Shown piece by piece: positions 23,733-36,500 of a stretch of 64,000 nt of DNA. Made by a program: the position numbers and the translations under genes. The first letter of the stretch is position 1; every line of letters starts with the position of its first letter. Under the pieces are notes generated by a model. That model saw only the letters and a program-made list of their open reading frames with translations, was not told where the DNA came from and ran no database searches. Source of the stretch: Macrostomum hystrix. Taxonomy: Eukaryota > Animalia > Platyhelminthes. The stretch covers positions 8,308,001 through 8,372,000 of the forward strand of contig CATNEN010000007.1 of assembly GCA_950097015.1 (NCBI GenBank). The letters are read 5' to 3'.

Positions 23733-23999
23733 GATAATAGAATTTAAAATAATAAATAGGGAATATTATTATACTACTAGTGGAGCAGTAGTTGGTAACG
23801 AATGTAGCACACAATCTGCCAAGTTACCAAAACTTCGCGTCGGGTACAGTCTGCTACAATAGCATAGCAAAGAATGTGTAAAAATATGTTTTTAGCAAAA
23901 TATCCAGAAATCAATAGAAATAAAAAAGTAAACGAAGCATTGTTTGAGAATAATAAAACTGTGTAGCAGCAGCAGCAAATTTACAGGCCAGTTGTGCCA

Positions 24000-24425
24000 C
24001 TTAACCCCATTTGATACTCTGGGGGAAGGGGGCTAAGCGGCCAGCTGGGCCACCCAACCCCATTTGATACTCTGGGGGACGGGGGCTAAGCGGCCAGCTG
24101 GGCCACTCAACCCCATTTGATACTCTGGGGGAAGGGGGCTAAGCGGCCAGCTGGGCCACCCAAACCCATTTGATATTCTGGGGGACGGGGGCTAAGCGGC
24201 CAGCTGGGCCACTCAACCCCATTTGATACTCTAGGGGAAGGGGGCTAAGCGGCCAGTTGGGCCACTCAACCCCATTTGATACTCTGGGGGAAGGGGGCCA
24301 GGCGGTCAGCTGGGCCACCCAACCCCATTTGATATTCTGGGGGAAGGGGGCCAGGCGGTCAGCTGGGCCACCCAACCCCATTTGATATTCTGGGGGAAGG
24401 GGGCCAGGCGGTCAGCTGGGCCACT
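24000..24425. repeat. About 53-bp minisatellite
   Basis: CCCCATTTGATACTCTGGGGGAAGGGGGCTAAGCGGCCAGCTGGGCCACCCAA units. Confidence 0.93.
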
Positions 24426-24545
24426 CATCACATATTTAAGTATACAGAGTATTTTAAGTAGCTCTTTTATCATGTGCTCGAGATCAATTTGTTAGTGCTG
24501 ATAAACATGGATCTATGTTTATTTATGCGGCCCAGCAATCGCAGC

Positions 24546-27500
24546 TCAAGCCGCGGATAGAGAAATCTCGATCTCCTTCTGCTTCTCAAGCAGGCCGCGC
24601 CGAATCGTGGACAGCTGCTGCAGGATGGCGTCCTGCCGGGCCGTCGGAGTGTCCTTCACCAAGCCCGGGTGGAAGATGGGATCCTAGTTGCGAGGGGAAT
24701 CGAATGATGCGCTGTTTAAATTTGACCCTGAGTTCGATCACAAATAATTCATTACCGATAATTGAAAAATCATTCGATAGATAATACACAGCTAAGATGA
24801 CAAAAGGATAGACCTTAAAGATAAGAAGTGCGAATTACAAAACAGTTAGCATAGGCGTTGAACAAAAACGTTTATATTCACAGAAATCTAAAAACAGCTA
24901 GACGCCTATAAGCTCCGATGTCAAAATCTTCACCTCTGCTACGTTAAATTGAATTCCTTCCCCAAATTGTCACTGGCGGAACCTCCGACTCTAAAACCAT
25001 AACCAAAATGTACACTGACAGAATCTCCGACTCTAAAACCCTTACCAAAATGTACACTGGCGGAATCTCTGACTCTAAAACCCTAACCAAAATGTACACT
25101 GGCGGAACCTCCGCCTCTAAAACCCTAACCAAAATGTACACTGACAGAATCTCCGCCTCTAAAACCCTAACCAAAATGTACACTGACAGAATCTCCGACT
25201 CTAAAACCCTAAACAAAATGTACACTGGCGGAACCTCCGCCTCTAAAACCCTAACCAAAATGTACACTGACAGAATCTCCGACTCTAAAACCCTAACCAA
25301 AATGTACACTGGCGGAACCTCCGCCTCTAAAACCCCAACCAAAATGTACACTGACGGAACCTCCGCCTCTAAAACCCTAACCAAAATGTACACTGACAGA
25401 ATCTCCGACTCTAAAACCCTAACCAAAATGTACACTGGCGGAACCTCCGCCTCTAAAACCCCAACCAAAATGTACACTGACGGAACCTCAGCCTCTAAAA
25501 CCCTAACCAAAATGTACACTGACATAATCTCTGACTCTAAAACCCTTACCAAAATGTACACTGACGGAATCTCCGACTCTAAAACCCTAACCAAAATGTA
25601 CACTGGCGGAACCTCCGCCTCTAAAAAACCCTAACCAAAATGTACACTGACAGAATCTCCGCGTTCAAAACAACCAAATCCCAAACCCTACCAAAATTCG
25701 TCTATTGGTATTGCAGTGGCTTAAATGGCTTAAATTAAAAGAATATCAATATCATATATTGCAAATGTAAACAAGCAAAAAAGTTACTGATGGCTTTGAG
25801 AAGGAAACACATAGAAGATTCTGAATCTTTCAAAGCACAGTGACTTAAAAAAATTTCTTGAAAATATTCGGCACAAACCGAAGGCGGTGCGGCTCGCGCC
25901 TTGACAACAGCTGCGCCGCCGGCGACTGGTAAAGTGGCAGCCGCGGCGGCAGCGGCGGCGGCGCGCCGATTGGGCGCTCGGAGAGTGGATGTTGCTGGCT
26001 CAGCCTTGCTAATCTTGGGCCAAACATTGTAATAATTATAAGATCAATTATACGAGTATTTATCCTGCAATTACACCAAATCAGTATTATATACATCGAT
26101 TGATTGCACACTCTAATAAAAACCGGAGCGCTAACACTATCATCGCTACTGTAAGTAGGAGCAATGAATGTGAAATCAAAGCAAAATCAAAATAAGATGT
26201 TTATTAAATCGATCATCACTTCAGGAATTCAATAAAGGAGCGCTCCGATTGACGGGACTGACTTCTGTTTGTCAGTGTTTGATCAAAAAAGAGTTAGCAA
26301 ATCTAAAAAAACAACCTCGATGAAAGTTTAGTGCTGCTAGTCGATCACGTACCAAGCGAATATTTTTGGCACAGCAATTTCACAACAGCAGATGATGGTT
26401 GAAATTGTGCTCATGACTGCAAACAGAGGGAAAAAACAGGAAGAGTCCTGGATAAAGTTTTCAAAGAACTTTAATTTTCTTGGATTTGAGACAGTAAAAC
26501 CAGTGGTGGGTCTACTCCAGCCAATCAGAGATGCCGGCCAGTGAAGAGTGACAATTGTTGGACTCCAGCCAATCAGAGAGGCCGGCCAGTGAAGAGTGAC
26601 AATTGTTGGACTTCAGCCAATCAGAGGGACCGGCCAGTGAAGAGTGACAATTTTAGGACTCCAGCCAATCAGAGGGACCGGTCAGTGAAAAGTGACAATT
26701 ATTGGACTCCAGCCAATCAGAGAGGCCGGCCAGTGAAGAGTGACAATTTTAGGACTCCAGCCAATCAGAGGGACCGGTCAGTGAAAAGTGACAATTATTG
26801 GACTCCAGCCAATCAGAGAGGCCGGCCAGTGCAGAGTGATGGGATTGTTGGACATTAGCCAATCAAGAGGCACGTCAGTTAAGGTGTTGGACTCCAGTCT
26901 ACCAGAGAGGCATGTCATTGAAGACAGAGAAGGGAGCCAATGAAAGAATGAAGTCTAGTAGTTTGAGAGTCACGACATGTAGGTCCGGGGTTCGATTTTT
27001 GCTCCATTGGAACAATTTTTGTCCTTTAGCGAGATATACTAAACTCTTTGTATTGCGTCCGTTACCCAGCTGTTAAATTGGTACCAGCATCAGCTGGAGC
27101 TGGTGGGTGTGGCGTCTCCCCAGTCCATGGATCAAACTGCTGTACGCCGCCTGTCTGCTGTACATATGACCCAATAGGGGCAGCAGTTGTACATTTATTT
27201 ATTAATTTATTAATTTAATATTTTACATTATTAGTGGCACATGGTTACTCAGGTGTTGCCTAAACATGTCTGGAATAGGATGAAAGAAGAAAAAAGCATA
27301 AAAAAAGCTGAATAAAAATCGATGCCCTGAAATCACCTTGTTGTGCCTGGCCGGCAGCGCCTCTTCGACTCTGGCGTCATCGTAATTCTCCATGGAAACG
27401 CCGTAGTGCGACGGATTGAGGCCGCGGATGTAGGCCCGCCTGGCCAGCTCTCGCGAGGTGGTCTCCCGGCTCAGCGGCAGCGGCTTGGCCGCGGCTGCGG

Positions 27501-30500
27501 GATTCAGGAATGCCGAAGTGCGAATGAACTGCTCATCCTGAGGCCGCAGCTGATGCTGCTGCTGGTGCTGCCGCTGAGACAGGTAGTATCGATCGTCCAA
27601 CGGTTCCAAAACGTCGTCGCGAACCCGCAGCGCCCGGGTCCGTTCGCTGGCCAGGTGGGCCCGCAGGTCGGCGTCGACGGCGGCGTCGGAATCGGCGAAC
27701 CGCGGAGCTTCGGCTTCGTCTGGGAAGGCGTAGGTCTGCAGCACAGGGGAGTGATTTTCAGACAATGAGGCGCGACTTGATTGGAGCATGTAGATGGGAT
27801 CAGTGGCCCGCCGGTTGGATTCCGATGGGATCATGAACTATGGGCTTGATTCAGATGGGATCATGAACCATGGGCTTGATTCAGATCGGATCATGAACCA
27901 TGGGCTTGATTCAGATGGGATCATGAACCATGGGCTTGATTCAGATGGGATCATGAACTATGGGCTTGATTCAAATCGGATCATGAACTATGGGCTTGAT
28001 TCAGATGGGATCATGAACCATGGGCTTGATTCAGATGGGATCATGAACTATGGGCTTGATTCAGATCGGATCATGAACTATGGGCTTGATTCAGATCGGA
28101 TCATGAACCATGGGCTTGATTCAGATGGGATCATGAACCATGGGCTTGATTCAGATGGGATCATGAACCATGGGCTTGATTCAGATGGGATCATGAACCA
28201 TGAGCTTGATTCAGATGGGATCATGAACTATGGGCTTGATTCAGATGGGATCATGAACCATGGGCTTGATTCAGATGGGATCATGAACCATGGGCTTGAT
28301 TCAGATGGGATCATGAACCATGGGCTTGATTCAGATGGGATCATGAACCATGGGCTTGATTCAGATGGGATCATGAACCATGGGCTTGATTCAGATGGGA
28401 TCATGAACCATGGGCTTGATTCAGATGGGATCATGAACCATGGGCTTGATTCAGATGGGATCATGAACCATGGGCTTGATTCAGATGGGATCATGAACTA
28501 TGGGTTGGATTCAGATGGGATCATGACCCAGGGGTTGGATTCAGATGGGATCATGACCCAGGGGTTCGATTCAGATGGGATTATGACCCAGGGGTTGGAT
28601 TCAGATGGGATCATGACCCAGGGGTTCGATTCAGATGGGATTATGACCCAGGGGCTTGATTCAGATCGGATCATGAACCATGGGCTTGATTCAGATGGGA
28701 TCATGACCCAGGGGTTCGATTCAGATGGGATTATGACCCAGGGGTTGGATTCAGATGGGATCATGACCCAGGGGTTCGATTCAGATGGGATTATGACCCA
28801 GGGGCTTGATTCAGATCGGATCATGAACCATGGGCTTGATTCAGATGGGATCATGAACCATGGGCTTGATTCAGATGGGATCATGAACCATGGGCTTGAT
28901 TCAGATGGGATCATGACCCAGGGGTTCGATTCAGATGGGATCATGACCCAGGGGTTGGATTCAGATGGGATCATGACCCAGGGGTTCGATTCAGATGGGA
29001 TTATGACCCAGGGGCTTGATTCAGATGGGATCATGAACCATTGTAATCATGAACTAGGGGCTTGATTCAGATGAGATCATGACCCAGGGGTTCGATTCAT
29101 TTTGAGCAGCAGAGTGTAGTCAAATTTTATAACTAAACTTTAATTGTGGACATTTTATAAGCTTCTTGTTTGAGAGAACATGACAAATAAAGCATTTCCG
29201 GAGAAGGGTTCATTATTTCAATAAAAATCCTTCTCAAGTTCTATGCTAGCTATAAGTCGCCCAATATAGGCGCCCAGAAGGTTTAGCAAAGCTTTTAGCT
29301 TTCGAGTGGAAATTTCAAGTGACTGAGAGACCGCGACTTAACAGCCGGTGCTGACTTGGCCAGCAAGTCACGGCGGGGCTCGACCAATGAGCTCGCGCCC
29401 ACGGAGGGAAACGGAGAGTGGCGGGGTTATAAATGCGAAATGAGACAGAGGAAAATAGAAGACAGAATCAAAAGCACTCAGGCTTTCTGGTAGAGGGACA
29501 GCTGCAGCGAGCAAGGGAGAGAGAGGGAAAGCAAGATTCCAGTCCATGGCGGCCCAAAGCAGCTCGAGACTTCTGCTGCTGCTGCCGTTGCTCCTGACAG
29601 CTGCGAGCCGCCAGCTGCTGCCAACTGTGCGCCAGATTGGCGGCCAGTTTGACAGCGTCCACCGCGGCGCGGCCAGCAGCAGGGCGAATTACCTGTACGT
29701 GTACAGCTTCGTGGAGCGAGCCAATCAGACGCAGGCGGTGCGGCTGCAGGTGGCAAGTCCGGCAGCTAGCCGGGACTACCCGGTGCTTTTCGTGGTCAGG
29801 CAGCAACGGTCCATTCTGTCCTTCCAGGTGCCGGAGATTCCGACCGGCGACCGGCTCTACTCGGAGGTGTCGCGCACGCTCTGCCCGGTTGAGGACGCAT
29901 CGAAAGGCGCGCATGACAAGAACCAGACCATCTACATCGACGTGTCTACGGCCAGCGAGCAGCCGGTGGAGTTCTCGATCAACGTGACTCTGGTAAGGGA
30001 CTTTCAGCTGCAGCTGGACCGCACCTATCACCAGATCATCACGCCGTCGCGACCAAAGTACTTCAAGGTGGTGTTCCCGGAGGGAGCGCGGCGACTCTCC
30101 ATAGCGGCAGAGTCGGAAAATCCGGCCTGCATGATCCTGAGCGCCCAGTCGGTCAGCTGTCCGGTCTACGATCTGGTGCGCAATGTGGAGTTCTCAGGCG
30201 AGTACCAGACAATGTCCACGCGAGCCGAGCTCACGGTGGAGCGCGGAAGCATCAGCGGTGATAGCTTTTACATTGTGTTTGTACTCAAGCCCTCCAGCGA
30301 GCACTGCAGCTTCACTCGGCTGAATAATCTGCAGCCGAGGGTTGTTCCAGACGGCTACAAGATGAAAGCGCCGCTGGCGACCATGACCTCGACGACAGCG
30401 GCTTTTTCTGAGCCAACGGCAGCCACTGTATCCGTGGCACTGGACGCCGTGCCCGCCGGCACAAATAGCAAAGCATTTAGCTTCCGCGTCAGAGTATCGC

Positions 30501-33500
30501 TAGACAACGACCAGTACTACCTGCCCGTGTTCGGCGCGATTGCCTTCTTTGCTTGTTTTCACATCATCGCAGCTGTCATCATCTGCGTGCACCGGCGACT
30601 GGAGACCGCCCGTCCAGGCATCGACCAGTGCTGCTCGCCGGCTGACTCCGAGAGCGGGGATCGGCTCTACGGCGGCAACGGCAGCGGCGCCGAGGAAGCT
30701 GACGACGACTATAGTGCCACAGTGGGCAAGTGGCGGCCGCTACCGCAGTCACCGACAACTTCAAAAGCAAGTACCGATTATCATCAGCATAAGTGCAGAC
30801 ACAAATACGCTCCGCAGGCGGTCGCCATGACATCCTGTGCAAAGCTACTCGGCAACGGAGGCCGCGGTGAGAGCGCCGATCTTGACGAAGAGGAACTTAG
30901 CAGCGAGGAGGCGGAGGCGCGCCTGCCAATCATGGCCGAGTTTAACAAAGCCGCAGCCGCCGCAGCGGAAGCGGCAGCAGCCGCAGCAGCCGCTGACGAG
31001 GAGGGCCGGCCGCGCCGGCTCTACCTGGCCGACTTGTGCCAGAAGCGGCCAGCCCTGTTGCGCAACAAGTACCGCCTGTACTATTGGTACCTCATCATCA
31101 TCAGCATATTCTACGGCCTGCCAGTGGTACAGCTGGTCATCACCTACCAGCAGATTCTGCGCATCAGCGGCAATCAGGACATCTGCTACTACAACTTCTA
31201 CTGCGCCAGGCCGCTGGGCGTCATCTCCGCCTTCAACAATGTGTTCTCGAACATCAGCTACGTGGCTCTGGGCCTGTTGTTTCTCGGCCTCACCAGGCGT
31301 CGGGATCTCATCAACAAGCGACAGCGGGCGCTGCTGGGCGATCGGGAGGACAACAGGGGCATCCCGCAGCACTTTGGCATCTTCTACGCCATGGGCATCG
31401 CGCTGATCATGGAGGGCATCATGTCCGGCTGCTATCACGTCTGTCCGAGCTACTCCAACTTCCAGTTTGACACTGCCTACATGTACGTGCTGGCCGTGCT
31501 GTGCATGCTGAAGATCTACCAGACCAGGCACCCGGACATCAACGCCTCAGCCCATGTGGGCTACATGGCCATGGCGATTGTCATCTTCATCAGCGTTGTC
31601 GGCGTTGTCTATGGCACTAGCTTCTTCTGGATTGCGTTCACCATTTTCTTCATTCTGTCCAGCCTGTTTGTCACAGGTGAGTTTTGTTTATCCCAGCCCA
31701 CAGCCACAGGCAGATAGGGAAGAAAGGAGGAGACTTAAAGAGGCTGAAAGAAGGCGCATAGTGGAGAATTAATGACCCACTCCAGTGGCCCAAATGCAAA
31801 CACGCACGCATTGCCACGCACTCCGTTGAGCTGACTCTGTCTCAGCCTTCTCAGTCCGCGGGGTGACGGAGCGGAAAGGCGACCAAATGAACCCCCGCCC
31901 GGAAATTTCCCATTGCACGCAGTTCGTAGTGCCAATGCAAATGGGTACAATAGGGAATGGCTGGGACAGCTGAATACACGCGCGCGCTCGATTTGCAATG
32001 CGCACAGACGGTAGACAGCGGGAGTGGAAGTCGGAGACACCAAGGGGTTGACACAAAGTCAGTAAGCTCGTTGCTGCCCAGGGCTTACCCTCCGAATCAC
32101 CAAATCGATATTTTGTAACCAAATATCAGCACGCACTTCGGGCAGACAGGCCCGATTTGGACTGGACTGAAATCCCACAGCCAAAACTTGCTGCTGCTAA
32201 TGCTCACTCTGGAAACAGAAGCACAGGACTTGAGTAGGGAGAGACAGAAAGGGGAGCGGAGTGGGGCAGGGGGAGTTTAGAATGTTTATTGCAGAGCAAC
32301 AGCGTAGAAGCAACGGCTAAGCCAAAGTTAGTGTAATTCAGTTTTGCTTCAGAACTGTTAGTGCCAGTCCTGTCGATTGAAATTACAGAATTTACCTGCG
32401 ATCAAATATATTTTCCAACCTAAGACAACAGTCGATACACACTCATGATACCAGATTGTGAACGGGCTTAACTGTGAGCACATGCCACTCAAACCAGCAT
32501 AAACCCACCCGTTACCAGGTGAAGTGTACTACATGGGCCACTGGAAGGTGAACGTAGGCCTAGCCAGACGATTCTACCTGCTGATGAGCAGCCAGGGCGT
32601 GCGCTGCTTCCGCCCAATGTACAAGGACCGCATGGCCATCCTGGCAGCGGCCAACATCATTAACTGGACCATCGCAGTCTATGGAGCCGTGAGCAGGCCG
32701 CGGGATTTCAACAGCTTCCTACTGTACATCTTCCTCGTCAACTTGCTCATGTACACAGCATTCTACGTAGTCATGAAGGTGCGCAGCGGCGAGAGAATCC
32801 ACCTGCAGCCGCTGGTCTTCATCGCCCTCTCCTGCCTGACCTGGGGTGCCGGCCTGTACTTTTTCATGAAGCAGCCCAGCAACTGGGCGCTCAGCCCGTC
32901 TGAGTCGCGCGCGCTCAACCAGCGCTGCCTGCTGCTCGACTTTTACGACGTGCACGACGTCTGGCACTTCCTCTCAGCTATGAGCCTCTTCTTCTCCTTC
33001 ATGGGCCTCATGACGCTTGACGATGACTTGGTCAACGTGTCCAGACACTGTATCCCAGTGTTCTAACTGACGGCCTTCATTATGTAGGATTCTTGGTACT
33101 TCGGTAGGTTAATCCCTTGGTCCTTCTGTAGGTTAATCCCTTGGTAATTTAGTAGTTTAATCCCTTGGTAATTTAGTAGGTTAATCCTTTGGTAACTTAG
33201 TAGGCTAATCCCTTGGTCCTTCGGTAGGTTAATCCCTTGGTAATTTAGTAGTTTAATCCCTTGGTACTTCGGTAGGTTAATCCCTTGGTAATTTAGTAGG
33301 TTAATCCCTTGGTCCTTCGGTAGGTTAATCCCTTGGTAATTTAGTAGGTTAATCCCTTGGTCCTTCGGTAGGTTAATCCCTTGGTAATTCAGTAGGTTAA
33401 TCCCTTGGTAATTTAGTAGTTTAATCCCTTGGTAATTTAGTAGGTTAATCCTTTGGTAACTTAGTAGGCTAATCCCTTGGTCCTTCGGTAGGTTAATCCC

Positions 33501-36500
33501 TTGGTAATTCAGTAGGTTAATCCCTTGGTAATTTAGTAGTTTAATCCCTTGGTAATTTAGTAGGTTAATCCTTTGGTAACTTAGTAGGCTAATCCCTTGG
33601 TCCTTCGGTAGGTTAATCCCTTGGTAATTTAGTAGTTTAATCCCTTGGTACTTCGGTAGGTTAATCCCTTGGTAATTTAGTAGGTTAATCCCTTGGTCCT
33701 TCGGTAGGTTAATCCCTTGGTAATTTAGTAGGTTAATCCCTTGGTCCTTCGGTAGGTTAATCCCTTGGTAATTTAGTAGTTTAATCCCTTGGTAATTTAG
33801 TAGGTTAATCCTTTGGTAACTTAGTAGGTTAATCCCTTGGTCCCCCCGTAGGTTAATCCCTTGGTCCTCCGGTAGTTTAATCCCTTGGTCCTCCGGTAGT
33901 GTAATCCCTTGGTCCTTCTGTAGGTTAATCCCTTGGTCCTTCTGTAGGTTAATCCCTTGGTACTTCTGTAGGTTAATCGCTTGGTCCTTCTGTAGGTTAA
34001 TCCCTTGGTCCTTCGGTAAGTAAATTTTTGTTGGTTCCGAAAATATTCCCCAGTTAAGCAACAGGCCAGACGAACAGCTGAAGTACACAATATATCCTTG
34101 ATAGTTGTTAAGCCCTAAAATTTACAATTTAAAGTGTTCATTCTTCTGTGATTCGCATCGCCTCTGTAAATTATTTTTAGCCTATATTGTTACCTACATA
34201 CGGTATGGGCCGGTGACAATGACTTATTGATTTGTTTAATGCAATCCTTTCGCGAGCAGAATGTTTCTTCTGAGTTAATCAATGATAGCTCGTAATGCTA
34301 CACTACACATACATTGGCAATTAAAACTGCTATAATTCACAATGCAAAATTGCCAGAACTTCTGAGAAACTGCAACAATCCGTTTTCATCTTCTGTTACT
34401 GCTTTAGTGCTCAATAATGAATAAAATAATCGATTGCTTTTAAAGGCTGACAGAGAAATAATTTAGAACATATGCTTAAAGACGATGATGGATAAACGTC
34501 TGTTCCTGAGGGGTGTAAGTAGATTCCCGAAGAGGTGTCAGTAGATTTCTGAAAGGGGTGTCAGTGGACTCACGAAGGGGTGTCAGTAGACTCACGAAGG
34601 GGTGTCAGTAGACTCACGAAGGGGTGTCAGTAGACTCACGAAGGGGTGTCAGTAGACTCACGAAGGGGTGTCAGTAGACTCACGAAGGGGTGTCAGTAGA
34701 CTCACGAAGGGGTGTCAGTAGACTCACGAAGGGGTGTCAGTAGACTCACGAAGGGGTGTCAGTAGACTCACGAAGGGGTGTCAGTAGACTCACGAAGGGG
34801 TGTCAGTAGACTCACGAAGGGGTGTCAGTAGACTCACGAAGGGGTGTCAGTAGACTCTCTAAAGGATGTCAGTATCGGTGCGATCCTCATCCTCACCTGT
34901 CGAAACTTCCCAGCCGGCTCATTTTCTATAGGATGTCGACGCTGAGACGCCAAAACGCCACCACCACCGCCGACAACAGGCGGGGCAGTCACCGCTGCGT
35001 AGCCGCCAACGCGCACCTGGCCCAGCAGCTCCGCTTGACGCCGGCGCAGCCGATCGCGCCGCTGCTCGCGCGCCTCAGGCCGGGGCTCGCGCTCGCTCTG
35101 CGGAATGAACTCCTTGGAGGGCATCTTCACGCCCCACGGCGGCCGCTCCGCAATGGGCACCGGCCGGCCCGCGCGCTGCTTTCGACGCTTCGCGTCCTAT
35201 GAAAAACAATTCAAGCGAAAATATTTGACATACTACTTATCCGACTATGAGTAGCCCAATACGAGTATGAGTGATTATCCTACTATGAGTAGTTCTCCTA
35301 CTCAGGATGAAGGTTAGATTGCAGAGCGGTTAAGGCGTCTGGTGTATTTGCACCAAAGTCGGTAACAAGGCTAGGGGTTGTCGTGTAATTTCTTCCAGAT
35401 TATCGACTTGCTGAATGTTCAGGAGTCAGAATCAGCACTCGCTGGCTGCAGGTCTACTGTCATGGGCCAATGATGCGCCACAGAGCTAATATACTGTAAG
35501 ATTATTTGATAGGACTGGTCAACTGACCTGACGCCTTCGGGCCTCCGCTGAGCGCCGCTCGTGCGCCTTCCGGTGGCTGTCCTGAGCGTCCCAATCCCGG
35601 TGCTGGTGCTGCTGCTGATGCTGGTGCTGCTGCTGATGCTGGTGCTGCTGCTGGTGCTGGTGCTGCTGTTTCTGTTGCTGCAAACGTCGCTGCTGCTGTT
35701 GTTGCTGCGCCAAGCGCAGCTGCCTAAGAGTCGGCTCATCAGTCTGCACTGCGTGCTCCACACTGCGATGCGTCGCTGGTAAGGCTTCGTCGCTAAGGAC
35801 GCGACGCTGCTGATGGAATTCGTAGGTTCCGGCCAGGCCGCCCAGCGCCAGAGACGGCACAGCGGGATAGGGCGGACTGGCTGCCCTCAGCTGCTGCTGC
35901 TGCTGCGGCTGCTGCACGAGTCCGGCCGACTGCAGCAGCCCCACAAAGCGGGGCGAGTTGTACTCGGCCAGGAGGCCCCGGCGCAGGTTGCTGGTGTCGT
36001 GCCCGCCTGCGTCCAGCTTCTGAATGCGAGCCAGCAGCTTCTCCAGCCTGGTGAATCGTTTTTTACAAAGAACAAATTGCTGATAAGTTTGGAAGCTCTC
36101 AATGACTAGTTTGACACAATGAAACCAATGACTCAGGTCCCTGCCGCTGGACTTTTAGCGGGACTGCAGCCTGGAAACCGCTGACTGCACCTAGCAACCA
36201 ACAGTAGCTCGTATTCACTCCGGAACCAAGTCCTTCGAATCCCATGATCCTGACCTTGGAATCTGGCCACTCAACCATGGAAACTGCTGAATCTATCCTG
36301 GAATCTGTTCAATCCACCCTGGAATCCGCTCAATCTATCCAGGAATCCGCTCAATCCACTTTGGAATCCGCTTAAACTACCCAGTAATCCGCTTAATCTA
36401 TCCAGGAATTCGTTTAATCTACACAGGAATCCGCTCAATCCACATTCGAATCCGCTTAATCTACCCAGGAATCCGCTCAATCCACTTTGGAATCCGCTTA

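Noticed and set aside
24970-25660. Interstitial telomere
   Set aside because: Only one CCCTAA per 42-bp unit; no (TTAGGG)n tract.
31770-32035. MITE in the SID-1 intron
   Set aside because: Only a short imperfect inverted repeat (GACCCACTCC / GGAGTGGAAGTC), with no clear TSD or second copy in the window.
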